A DNA stretch of 64,000 nt from positions 78,309-142,308 of the forward strand of contig CBDBFI010000002.1 of NCBI GenBank assembly GCA_965204805.1, in the 5' to 3' direction. This DNA is from Dehalococcoidia bacterium (GTDB taxonomy: Bacteria > Chloroflexota > Dehalococcoidia > Lucifugimonadales > UBA3495). The position numbers were made by a program, and so were the translations under genes. A model generated the notes under the pieces. It saw nothing but the letters and a program-made list of their open reading frames with translations. It was not told the DNA's origin and did not search any database. Below are positions 52,704 through 61,866 of this stretch, piece by piece (positions within the stretch are counted from its first letter, which is position 1; every line of letters starts with the position of its first letter).

Positions 52704-53477
52704 ATGGGAATCAAAATGAATCCGCCGGAATTCCCTGAAGACCGGCTCAATGACAAAAGGTTGCGCGGGGCAGAAGCCAGGGTCTTTAACGCCCTGCGCA
52801 ACAGCAAGATGGACGGCCACGGCATTTACGAGTTCCGCTACCGCGAGGGAGGCAGGCAACTGGACAATGCAGTGTGGGAAAACTACGTGGCCCGGTTCGC
52901 CATTCAGGTGAAAGGAGGGCAATACGACATGGACGACGATGGCCAGTGGTCCCTCCTCAAAGCTGGCGGGATCTGGGAAAAGACTCCGTGTCCTCTCGAG
53001 GCAACCGAGGACGGATGCATAGAGATGAAACACGCCATCCAGGAAGCAACCGGCTACACCCATTTCGTGGTGGGGGTGACCATATTCCCGGACATGGAGC
53101 GCGATGCCCGTATAGAGGAGGTGGCCCGCAGGAGGAATCACGTATACATCATCTGGGGGCTGGACCACCTGCAGGAGGACCTGGAGCGCATCGCCCGGGA
53201 GGCGCCGGTCAAGCACCCGCCAAAACCCGGCCATTCGGAAAACGAATGTCGCAAGGTGCGCCAGCTCCAGTTCCGTGGCCCTGAGGGGTCGCGGGATGAC
53301 GACGAGGAAACTCCGGCAGTCGACGCCCCCGAATCTCCCCCGTTGCCGGGTCCGCTGGGGTGGGAGCTCAAGCTGGGCTCGGCCACCTTCCACATCCAGA
53401 ACGTGGAGACTCTGGTCATCCAGCTCGGCCCGCAGGAGCGGGAAATAGAGGGGCAGACAGTGATGCGCGGCCTCTAG
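52704..53477 (+). CDS. NERD-like nuclease-domain protein
   Basis: 'AEARVFNAL', 'QLDNAVW', 'AIQVKGG', 'IFPDM'. Confidence 0.7.
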   Translation: MGIKMNPPEFPEDRLNDKRLRGAEARVFNALRNSKMDGHGIYEFRYREGGRQLDNAVWENYVARFAIQVKGGQYDMDDDGQWSLLKAGGIWEKTPCPLEATEDGCIEMKHAIQEATGYTHFVVGVTIFPDMERDARIEEVARRRNHVYIIWGLDHLQEDLERIAREAPVKHPPKPGHSENECRKVRQLQFRGPEGSRDDDEETPAVDAPESPPLPGPLGWELKLGSATFHIQNVETLVIQLGPQEREIEGQTVMRGL

Positions 53478-53654
53478 CCGCATACCCTTCACCACGGGCG
53501 CCGGGCGGACATCCGTCCGGCGCCCCGGAACCGGCATGGCAAACCCGGCCGCCATGGCCGTCCAAAACCCGGCGCAGAGAACCGGGGAATAAACAGGCAA
53601 ACCCGGGGCCATTTTCAATGTCACCATCCCGGGCACACCACACAGGGGACACCC

Positions 53655-55340
53655 ATGGACATCGACATCGCACCTGCCATTATGCGCCTGAACCCGCCGC
53701 CGGACGCCAGCCAGATGCAGGTCATCGGCCACGCGGAGGGTCCGATGCTGGTGATCGCCGGCCCGGGGTCGGGCAAGACCCATACCATCCAACTTCGGGC
53801 CGTCAACCTGCTGCTCACGGGTCAGACCGCACCCTGTGAACTGGTCCTCTGCACCTTTGGCAGGAAGGCGGCCCGGGAACTCCGGCAGCGTTTCACGGCG
53901 TCGGCGCTGGCCTGCGGGTTCAGGGGCGATATCAAGGAGGTTCAGGTCACCACCATCCACAGCCTGTGCCGCCGGCTGCTGGATTCCCGCGCCGCCATGG
54001 CCGGCCTGCGATGGGACTACCGGGTCCTGAACGAGGAGGAGCAGCTTGTGCTGCTGGGCCAGGAGTACGACTCCGTCTTCGGCCCCGACCGGGGCATACT
54101 CTCAAGGCGCGGCTGGCGGGACGGGGTATACGCGGTGACCGAAGCGGCGCGTTATTTCGACCGCATCTGCGACGAACTGATCGACGTCGACGTTGTCGCC
54201 GGTTCCGGCAGGCCCTTCATCGCCGCCTTGGGCCGCAGCTGCCAAAGGTACCGCCAACTCCTGCTGCGCCGCAACGCCGTGGACTTCGCCCATCTCCAGG
54301 TGTGGGCCCACCGGGTGTTGCAGGATGACGATGTTGCCGCCGTGGCGCGCGGAGCCATCAGACACCTGATGGTGGACGAATTCCAAGACACCTCCCGGGT
54401 CCAGATGCGTATCCTGGAAAGGCTGGCGGGTATGAATGGAAACATCGTTTCAGTGGGCGACGCCGACCAGGCCATCTACAGGTTCCGCTGGGCCAGCGTG
54501 GCCAACCTGTTGGAGTTTCCCAGCCGTTTCCCAGGGTGCCGCGTGGCAAAGCTGACCACCAACTACCGCTCCCACCGGGATATTGTCGCCGCTGTGGACC
54601 AATGGATGGACACCGCAGCCCCGTGGAACATCGACGGCCGCTCGTTCCGCTTCACCAAGGACGTCGTGCCCAACAAACTCGGCGCCCACCACGATTATCC
54701 CGCCGTCATCTCGGTCCTGGGGAGGGACCCCGTGCACGAGGCGAAGCAGTTGGCGGAACTGCTGCTGTTCCTGAAACAAAACGGCGTCATTAGAGAATAC
54801 GGGCAGGCGGCGCTGCTCCTCCACAGCGTCAAGGACGGGGTGAGTGGCCCGTACCTGGACGGCCTGGAACGCGCCGGTATTCCGGCCCGCTGCGAGCCCG
54901 CCGGGCACGTCCGGGCATATGGCGGCGACGAGGTGCTGGTGACCACGATCCACCAGGCCAAAGGCAGGGAATGGGACGTTGTCGTGGTGGGGTCGCTTTC
55001 CGGGCCCGACCTGGAAACGGACCGGGTGGGCCGCACCCTAGCAGACTTCGGGGTGTACTCCGGCGAGCCGGAGGGTATCATCGCAGACTACGACCGGGCC
55101 CGCCAGCACTACGTGGCCTTCACCCGGGCGCGCAACCTGCTGGTGCTCACCGCCGCCGGCGAACCCCACGCCCGGTTCGCCTCCATCTGGGCCGGGGCCG
55201 CCCGCTGGCCCGGCATGGACCGCGATGCCCTCGCCCGCCAGCGGTTCAGTGAGTCCGGGGACGTTGCGAGCGAGGGCGTAATCGAAATCGCCCATCTTGA
55301 CCGCCTGGTGCTGCGGCTTGGGATAGACGTCCACCGCTAA
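53655..55340 (+). CDS. Compact UvrD/PcrA-family helicase
   Basis: IAGPGSGKT, VDEFQD, VGDADQAIY, TNYRS, TIHQAKGREW, YVAFTRAR. Confidence 0.9.
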   Translation: MDIDIAPAIMRLNPPPDASQMQVIGHAEGPMLVIAGPGSGKTHTIQLRAVNLLLTGQTAPCELVLCTFGRKAARELRQRFTASALACGFRGDIKEVQVTTIHSLCRRLLDSRAAMAGLRWDYRVLNEEEQLVLLGQEYDSVFGPDRGILSRRGWRDGVYAVTEAARYFDRICDELIDVDVVAGSGRPFIAALGRSCQRYRQLLLRRNAVDFAHLQVWAHRVLQDDDVAAVARGAIRHLMVDEFQDTSRVQMRILERLAGMNGNIVSVGDADQAIYRFRWASVANLLEFPSRFPGCRVAKLTTNYRSHRDIVAAVDQWMDTAAPWNIDGRSFRFTKDVVPNKLGAHHDYPAVISVLGRDPVHEAKQLAELLLFLKQNGVIREYGQAALLLHSVKDGVSGPYLDGLERAGIPARCEPAGHVRAYGGDEVLVTTIHQAKGREWDVVVVGSLSGPDLETDRVGRTLADFGVYSGEPEGIIADYDRARQHYVAFTRARNLLVLTAAGEPHARFASIWAGAARWPGMDRDALARQRFSESGDVASEGVIEIAHLDRLVLRLGIDVHR

Positions 55341-55554
55341 GTCAGACCGCTTGAAAGCCGCCAGCGTAACTGCCTTTCGCGGGGCATCCACTGAGGGCCA
55401 CCCGCTGCCGCAAGTTCACCCCTCTGCAGTTCGCAGGTTCGTCTTCAACACGGAGGATGGGAAACGGACGGGATGGAACTGCGGGGAACGGTACCGTAGC
55501 CAGTGCGAATCGCTGGTGGCTCAGGTCCCCCGAAAGCGAGTTCGAGTCCTGCCA

Positions 55555-56683
55555 GGTGGGCCAGGCCCAGTGCGACTTCGGCGAGGCAGTGGTGGTCATC
55601 GGAGGGGTGCAGCGCAAGGCCCACTGCTTCGTCCTGGACCTGCCCCACAGCGACGGCTGCTTCGTCAAGGCCTATCCCGCCGAGACCACCGAGGCCTTTC
55701 TGGATGGCCACGTCTCGGCCTTCGCCTTCCTGGGCGGGAATCCTCAGAGCATTCTCTACGACAATACCAAGCTGGCGGTGGTCAGGATCCTTGGCGACGG
55801 CAAACGCCAGTGCACACGCTCGTTCACGGAGCTGCAGTCCCACTACCTGTTCGAGGACCGTTTCGGGCGTCCTGGCAAGGGCAACGACAAGGGCAAGGTC
55901 GAAGGCTTGGTGGGATACACGAGGCGCAACTTCCTGGTGCCCATTCCTTCCTTCGAGAGCTTCGATGCGCTCAATGCCTACCTGGAGCGGCGCTGTCTGG
56001 AACGGATGGACGCCACGCTCCGGGGCCACACGGAGACCATCGGGCAGCGGATGGAGCGGGACCTGGATGCCCTGCTGCCCCTTCCTCCGGCACCCTACGA
56101 CGCCTGCGACAAGCAGGCCGGCCGGGTGAGTTCCCTGTCCCTGGTCCGGTACAGGACCAACGATTACTCGGTGCCGGTGGCCTACGGGCACCGCGACGTG
56201 CTGGTCAGGGGATATGTTGACGAAGTGGTGATCAGCTGTGGGTCAGAGGTCATCGCCCGCCATTCCCGCTCCTACGAGAGAGACGACTTCGTCTTCGATC
56301 CCATCCATTACCTGCCGCTGCTGGAGCGGAAGACCGGTGCCCTGGACCAGGCCGCACCCCTACAAGGATGGGAGTTGCCCGAGGAATTCAGCACGCTGCC
56401 CCGGTTGCTGGAGTCGCGCATGGGCCGGAGGGGCAAGCGGGAGTACGTCCAGGTGCTCCGGTTGCTGGAGACCTTCTCCCAGCAGGAAGTCGCTGCGGCG
56501 GTCAGGGACGCCATGAGGCTGGGGGCAGTGAGCTTCGACGCCGTCAAGCACCTGGCCTTGTGCCGCCTGGAGGGACGGCCGCCCCGTCTTGACTTGGAGC
56601 TCTATCCCTACCTGCCCAGGGTCAGGGTCAGCACCACCTCCGCCAGGGACTACATGACACTCCTGTCCGGGAGGGCGGCATGA
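55555..56683 (+). pseudogene. istA: IS21 transposase IstA, N-terminally truncated
   Basis: 'GQAQCDFGEA', 'ILYDN', 'GNDKGKVE', 'NDYSVP'; HTH missing. Confidence 0.88.
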
Positions 56684-57490
56684 GCAGTAAATCCACACTG
56701 TTACTGGAACACCATCTCAAAGAGCTGAGGCTGCCCAGCTTCCTCAGAGAGTACGGGAAGATGGCGGCTTTGTGCGCCGCCGAGAATGCGGACCACCCGG
56801 AGTACCTGCTCCGTCTGGCCGAACTGGAACTCATCGACCGCCACCAGCGCATGGTGGAACGGCGGATCCGGGCTGCCCGGTTCCCGGCAGTCAAGAGCCT
56901 CGACACCTTCGACTTCCCGGCCATCCCCTCGGTGAACAAGGCCCTGGTGATGGAACTGGCCCGCTGTGAATACGTACAGCGCCGCGAGAACGTCATCGCC
57001 AGATGGAGCTTGCCCCCGACCCCGATCGGGGGGCAACAGCGGCACCGGCAAGACCCACGTGGCCTTGGGCTTGGGACTGGCCGCCTGCCAGCGCGGGATG
57101 TCCGTGGGCTTCACCACCGCCGCCAGCCTGGTCCACGAGCTGATGGAGGCCCGGGACGAAAGGCGGCTGCTGAATCTGCAGCGGCAACTCTCCCGCCTGA
57201 ATCTGCTGATCATCGACGAACTGGGCTTTGTGCCATTGTCCCGCACCGGGGCGGAACTGCTCTTCGAGGTCTTCAGCCAGCGCTACGAGCGGGGATCGAT
57301 CCTGGTGACCACCAATTTGCATTTCGACGAATGGACTGAGATCTTCGGCTCGGAACGGCTCACCGGAGCGCTGCTGGACCGGCTCACCCACCACGTGCAC
57401 ATCCTGGAGATGAACGGCGAGAGCTACCGGCTCAAGCGCAGCCGGGAGAACGCCGCGTCCCCGGCTTCAGAAGAACCGGACGACGCATAG
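56680..57490 (+). pseudogene. istB: IS21 IstB, frameshifted by a short insertion near 57001-57030
   Basis: 'LKELRLP', 'RENVIA' then 'GNSGTGKTH', 'IIDELG', 'LLDRLTHH' in a second frame. Confidence 0.9.
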
Positions 57491-57603
57491 CTGGCTCTCA
57501 GCCAGAAGCCTCCCCGTTTCCCCCACAATAGCTCTTCCTGCAGCCGTCAGAGAGACATTCCTCCTGAACAATTGGTGCGGACATTTAAGCTCGCCAATGA
57601 CCC

Positions 57604-57658
57604 CTGGTGGTACACTTTTGCGCCGCCCCGATGGCCCGAAATCTCCCCGCCCTTGACA
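57604..57658 (+). mobile_element. IS21 right end
   Basis: GGTACACTTTTGCGCCGCCCC...CTCCCCGCCCTTGACA ending in CA. Confidence 0.65.
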
Positions 57659-58195
57659 GGGGCTGGCCTGCGCAAAGGACTTTTCCGCCCCAAAGTCGCT
57701 GAGGGCCCGTTGCAAGGCCAATGACTTGCCTCGACTACGCAATCCGGTCAGTTCCTGGAAAGGCCGGTGGCCCGCCGCAGGCTCCCGGGGGCAACGCAGA
57801 TAGGGGGCTGGCACCTCAATCCGTCCGAAGAGGCTCAACCACTCCAGGGGTTGCCACCGGTGCAGGTGCCGCCTTCCCCCGCAGCCGGGACAAAAGGGGC
57901 CTGAGCTTTTGCATGCTCAGCCTTCACCTCAGCCCAAGTCTGCATCATCCGCCAGCCCAATTGCCGGGTGAACTGTATGACCTCCTCCTCCCAAGCGTCC
58001 GGGTCCCAATGCCCAGTTTCCTCTTCGTCCACCTCCTCGGCCAGGGACTCCCGCATCTCCCCGATGGCTCGTTCCATAATCTCCAGCATTGTCTGCTCCA
58101 TCACCCCTCCACCCTTGTCGCTTCCATTAATCAGCAGATTGCCAATCCCGGCCTGCTTTGTAAACTCCCTTTCCCAACCACTTTCAGCCACACCC
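57659..58195 (-). pseudogene. ISKra4/UPF0236-like transposase 5' remnant with left end
   Basis: 'EEEVIQFTRQLG', 'SLFGRIEVPAPYL...LQRALSDFGAEKSFAQA'; cut by IS21; end GGGTGTGGCTGAAAGTGG. Confidence 0.6.
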
Positions 58196-58196
58196 T

Positions 58197-59762
58197 ATGC
58201 TCATGGTGCATGGCCGCGAGGTAACGCTGGCCCACTGGTTCTACGCCGGCATCTCCGAGCCGCCCCCCGGGTACATCGCCCTGGTCTGGTGGCACGGCAA
58301 GCCCGTCATGGGCGTCCCGAACGAGAACGACTTCCACGCCAAGGGCCGGGCCATGGATACCTGGGACAACGACTCGGACAAGTTGACCCTGGCCTGGCTC
58401 CAGGACGGAGAGACCCACGGAGCACTCACCCTCAGATGCCCAATGTCCGTGGACGGCGGCACCTGGATGAAGCTCCTGGACTCCGACGTGGAACGCATCA
58501 ACTCCATCGGCGACGGCTGGAACCAGAAAACAGGCCACCACCGCTGGGAGGGCCTCTACGACGTGGACAAGGATGGCAACCCCCTCCGGCCCTCCGTCGT
58601 AGCACCCGTACCCTTCGAATCGAAGGACGCCTGGAACAGCAACATCAAGGATCCTGCAGACGTCCTGAAATTCCTCATGGCACGGAACAAGTACGCCGGG
58701 GCCATCGGCATGGCCTCCAACTATGCCGCCAACCTCGACATGGCCGGCGCCTTCGACCCCGACAGGCACCTGTTCTGTCTCTCCGAAGACGCCATCGACG
58801 GCAACGGCATCCCTGAGAATCTCCTCGAGCACCTGCGAAAGGAGGTCTATCAGACCGCCCGAACCAACGCCATGTGTCCTTGCGTCTGGAACCGCGTCGC
58901 CGGTGAGATGTCCCGGATACACCGGGAGACCACCGAAGACCGCTGGGCCCAGCTCACCGTGTCAACCAAATGCCCCGAGCATCACGGCCTCTATCACAAG
59001 TGGTCCGGCGAGGCCGTCGATTACCTCGAAAACAAACTCCAGCTCAGGCAGCTGTGTGCCAACGGCCCCCTCGAACGGCTCACCCAGGAGCACGATGAGC
59101 TCCTGACCGCCATCGTCAGGGAGGCCTTCGCCAAGCGGAACGCCGCTTGGGGCAAGTGCCTGCAGGAGGAAGAGGCCCTCAGGCAGAAGTCCGACACCGC
59201 GGACTTCGTCCTCGAAAGCCTCAAGGCCCAGGCCATCGAACTGGCCCACCGGACGGAACTCCAGGCCGCAAGCGACGCCTTCACAAAGGCCCAGGCACTC
59301 CCTGGGTACCAGTACGGAGACTTCACCAACGTCTGGTTCCAACTGGAACTCAACTGCCGCAGGCGGTTCAAGAAAGGGCCCTTGCCCGCTCCCATAACCG
59401 TCATGGCACTGAGCAACCTGCCCGACGAGGAACACCTAGGCTTCTATTCCAGCGGACCGTCGGTCAAAACCGCCATCGTCCGCACCATGGAGGCCCCCCG
59501 GGAAGCCCGCCAGAAGGGCGTCAAGCCCGGTAGCACCTACCGGATCGCCAAGGACGGCAGCAACTGGTATTGGCTCTGCCGCCCCGACGGAACGAAGGTG
59601 ACCCGGATACGCGCCGACGCCAAGGCCTACCTGAACATGCGGCTGGAGGCCGTCGGGTTCCTGCCCGACTTCCAAGCCCCCGAATGCAACCAGGTACAGC
59701 TTCCCCCGAACCAGGACGAAGGTCCCAGCTACACGCTGGCACTCAAGATCCTGGGCAGCTAG
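58197..59762 (+). CDS. Probable C-terminal part of a divergent two-barrel (YonO/cellular-RdRP-like) RNA polymerase
   Basis: DxDxD 'WDNDSDK', then 'LRCP', 'AIGMASN', 'LSEDAIDG'. The ATG abuts the IS end with no RBS, so the gene is likely truncated. Confidence 0.55.
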   Translation: MLMVHGREVTLAHWFYAGISEPPPGYIALVWWHGKPVMGVPNENDFHAKGRAMDTWDNDSDKLTLAWLQDGETHGALTLRCPMSVDGGTWMKLLDSDVERINSIGDGWNQKTGHHRWEGLYDVDKDGNPLRPSVVAPVPFESKDAWNSNIKDPADVLKFLMARNKYAGAIGMASNYAANLDMAGAFDPDRHLFCLSEDAIDGNGIPENLLEHLRKEVYQTARTNAMCPCVWNRVAGEMSRIHRETTEDRWAQLTVSTKCPEHHGLYHKWSGEAVDYLENKLQLRQLCANGPLERLTQEHDELLTAIVREAFAKRNAAWGKCLQEEEALRQKSDTADFVLESLKAQAIELAHRTELQAASDAFTKAQALPGYQYGDFTNVWFQLELNCRRRFKKGPLPAPITVMALSNLPDEEHLGFYSSGPSVKTAIVRTMEAPREARQKGVKPGSTYRIAKDGSNWYWLCRPDGTKVTRIRADAKAYLNMRLEAVGFLPDFQAPECNQVQLPPNQDEGPSYTLALKILGS

Positions 59763-59858
59763 CCCTGAACGGGCACAACCAAAGGGCGCGGCAAACACCG
59801 CGCCCCTCCCCGGCAATGACACCAAGGGATTCAACCCTGGCATTGCCTCTTCTCTGAA

Positions 59859-59930
59859 GCTTCCGCGCAGCCGGACACGACGACTGCGCACGAAGCGCCG
59901 TTGTCGAACCGCAACCAACATCGACGACGG
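59859..59930 (+). promoter_or_regulatory. 72-nt structured leader, copy 1
   Basis: GCTTCCGCGCAG...CTGCGC..GAAGC then CCGTTGTCGA...TCGACGACGG, ending 9 nt before the ATG. Confidence 0.8.
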
Positions 59931-59939
59931 AGAGAGAAA

Positions 59940-60254
59940 ATGGGCGCACGAAAAGCTCGCCGCCACAACAGACGGGTCACCCCTGCCATGGCCCGAATCA
60001 TCGCAACCCAAGACATGATCCGCGAGTACGTCCCTCAGCCAACCGCACAGACCATCGTGCTGGAAGACCAGCCGCTGCGCGGCCTGACGGCCCTGCACGC
60101 GATCATGCTCAACGACCTCGAACTCGAGCCCGAACCGCTGGAACTCCTACCCGAACCCGACTGGCAGGAATACCAGGATTACGACTCCCTCGATGACGAC
60201 GAAGAGGAAATCGACCTCGACGCCATCCTGAAGAGTCTCAGTCCGCACCCGTAG
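59940..60254 (+). CDS. Hypothetical protein (basic N-terminus, very acidic C-terminus)
   Basis: GGAG RBS at the end of the leader. Confidence 0.6.
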   Translation: MGARKARRHNRRVTPAMARIIATQDMIREYVPQPTAQTIVLEDQPLRGLTALHAIMLNDLELEPEPLELLPEPDWQEYQDYDSLDDDEEEIDLDAILKSLSPHP

Positions 60255-60338
60255 CGCAGCCACCCGGCCTCCACAGAGGCCAATTCCCAAGGGTACTGAC
60301 GCCAGGGGATTTTCCAACGCATTGACAGATACCCCCAC

Positions 60339-60410
60339 GCTTCCGCGCGGCCGACAACGACGACTGCGCCGGAGGCGCCGTTGTCGCATTTCAACAAAAT
60401 TTGATAACGG
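60339..60410 (+). promoter_or_regulatory. 72-nt structured leader, copy 2
   Basis: Same length and stems as copy 1. Confidence 0.8.
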
Positions 60411-60424
60411 AGAGGGACATCAAT

Positions 60425-60850
60425 ATGAACACCAACCTGTTCAAACAGATAGCCGCCGGGGCCAAGCAGGCCCTCAAGGACTCCGAAAGGGCCGTCAACG
60501 CCCTGGGAGACCGGCTCCACACCGCCGCTGCCGACTTCCTCACCGGAGACGCCGAGTGGCGGAACGACCCCTCCACCAAGGAGGAGTTCCAGGTCATCGG
60601 GCGCAGCTTCCGCCCCTTCTATGTTGTGGGCTACCTGTCCTGCCTGGGCCTGGTCACCTACTGTGCCTATTTCTGGGCGCAGCAAACCGCAGGCGCCACC
60701 TTCGTGTGGCTCAGGGTGTTCGAGAACGCGCACATGTTCTTGCCAACATTCCTGGCGATCAACCTCCTGGTTGGTCTGCTCCTGCTACCCTACGCACCAC
60801 TGCTCATCAGGCCACTGTCAATGCTCAGGACGCTCCGCAATACCAGCTAG
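60425..60850 (+). CDS. Hypothetical two-TM membrane protein
   Basis: RBS and two hydrophobic segments. Confidence 0.65.
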   Translation: MNTNLFKQIAAGAKQALKDSERAVNALGDRLHTAAADFLTGDAEWRNDPSTKEEFQVIGRSFRPFYVVGYLSCLGLVTYCAYFWAQQTAGATFVWLRVFENAHMFLPTFLAINLLVGLLLLPYAPLLIRPLSMLRTLRNTS

Positions 60851-60936
60851 CCCGCTGATACCGGGCAAGCCACCGGCATAACAATGGTCCCGCGGACGCG
60901 TACCCCTGACCCAGGACCCACGACCCAAAACCACAA

Positions 60937-60964
60937 GACCCGGCAGCCCACAAGCTGCCGGGTC
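60937..60964 (+). terminator. Terminator-like hairpin (weak U tract)
   Basis: GACCCGGCAGC-CCACAA-GCTGCCGGGTC, identical to 61801-61828. Confidence 0.6.
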
Positions 60965-61106
60965 CGATTTCGATCCAGGCAAAGACAACAACATGACCTC
61001 AAGCCCCAACGCCCAAACGGGCTCAAAACAGGGCGAGGCAAATGCCGCGCCCCAACCCGGGTACTGAACTCAGGGAATTACCCTGGCATTACTAACAGGT
61101 CCCCAC

Positions 61107-61178
61107 GCTTCCGCGCAGCCGGACACGATGACTGCGCCGGAGGCGCCGTTGTCGACGTCCAAGCAAATTCGACAACGG
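61107..61178 (+). promoter_or_regulatory. 72-nt structured leader, copy 3
   Basis: Same length and stems as copies 1 and 2. Confidence 0.8.
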
Positions 61179-61187
61179 AGACGGACC

Positions 61188-61733
61188 ATGATTCCCAAGA
61201 TCAAACGACTCGCCAAGGCGCTTTACCAAGCACTGAGGCACCCCTGCCGAACCGGTGCCGCAATCCGGGACGGACTCACAAGGAGGTTCACAGCCTCCTT
61301 CACAGCCACAGTCGACTACCTAGTGGGTCGTACCGCCTGGCTGGATATCCAAGACAACCAGGGAGCCTATCATCTGCCCAAAATCGCAAGGCCAATATTC
61401 TTCGTAGGCATACTCCTGGCCACACCGACTGCGGCAGTGATCTTCTCCATCTGGTTGACCAACCAATTACAATCGGGCGAAGAATTCAGCAAAATAGTCG
61501 AAGGTGGAGCTAAAATAGCTCCTGGCCTCTTGGCCGGCACACTCTTCGCAGCCCTGCTGTTTTCAGTAGCCCTCCACATCTTCTTTGGGGGTCTTGCAAT
61601 GCTAGGCATCCTTCTCAGGAAACTCGAGGCCGCCACACGGCCTGAACGGGACAAAACCATCCAAAAGCAAAACGAAACCATCGAGGTCCTCAGGGACCAG
61701 ATCAGGCGCTCCGGTCAGGAACCCGAGGCCTAG
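61188..61733 (+). CDS. Hypothetical two-TM membrane protein with C-terminal coiled coil
   Basis: GGAG RBS and two hydrophobic segments. Confidence 0.65.
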   Translation: MIPKIKRLAKALYQALRHPCRTGAAIRDGLTRRFTASFTATVDYLVGRTAWLDIQDNQGAYHLPKIARPIFFVGILLATPTAAVIFSIWLTNQLQSGEEFSKIVEGGAKIAPGLLAGTLFAALLFSVALHIFFGGLAMLGILLRKLEAATRPERDKTIQKQNETIEVLRDQIRRSGQEPEA

Positions 61734-61800
61734 ACAGGTCAACCTGACCACCGGTTAAAACCCAGTCTCCCGCGGAAGCGTACCCTGACTCAGCACCCAA

Positions 61801-61833
61801 GACCCGGCAGCCCACAAGCTGCCGGGTCTTTTT
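61801..61833 (+). terminator. Intrinsic terminator
   Basis: 11-bp GC stem followed by TTTTT. Confidence 0.8.
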
Positions 61834-61866
61834 AATCCCACCAACCCTCCGCAAACTGGAGCCACC

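Noticed and set aside
55480-55556. tRNA-like sequence (GTTCGAGTCC)
   Set aside because: No cloverleaf or acceptor stem can be built around the T-loop-like motif.
59859-61178. Integron attC sites or hammerhead ribozymes as the explanation for the 72-nt motif
   Set aside because: No RYYYAAC/GTTRRRY boxes, no integron integrase, no CUGANGA/GAAA core; the motif is tied to start codons.
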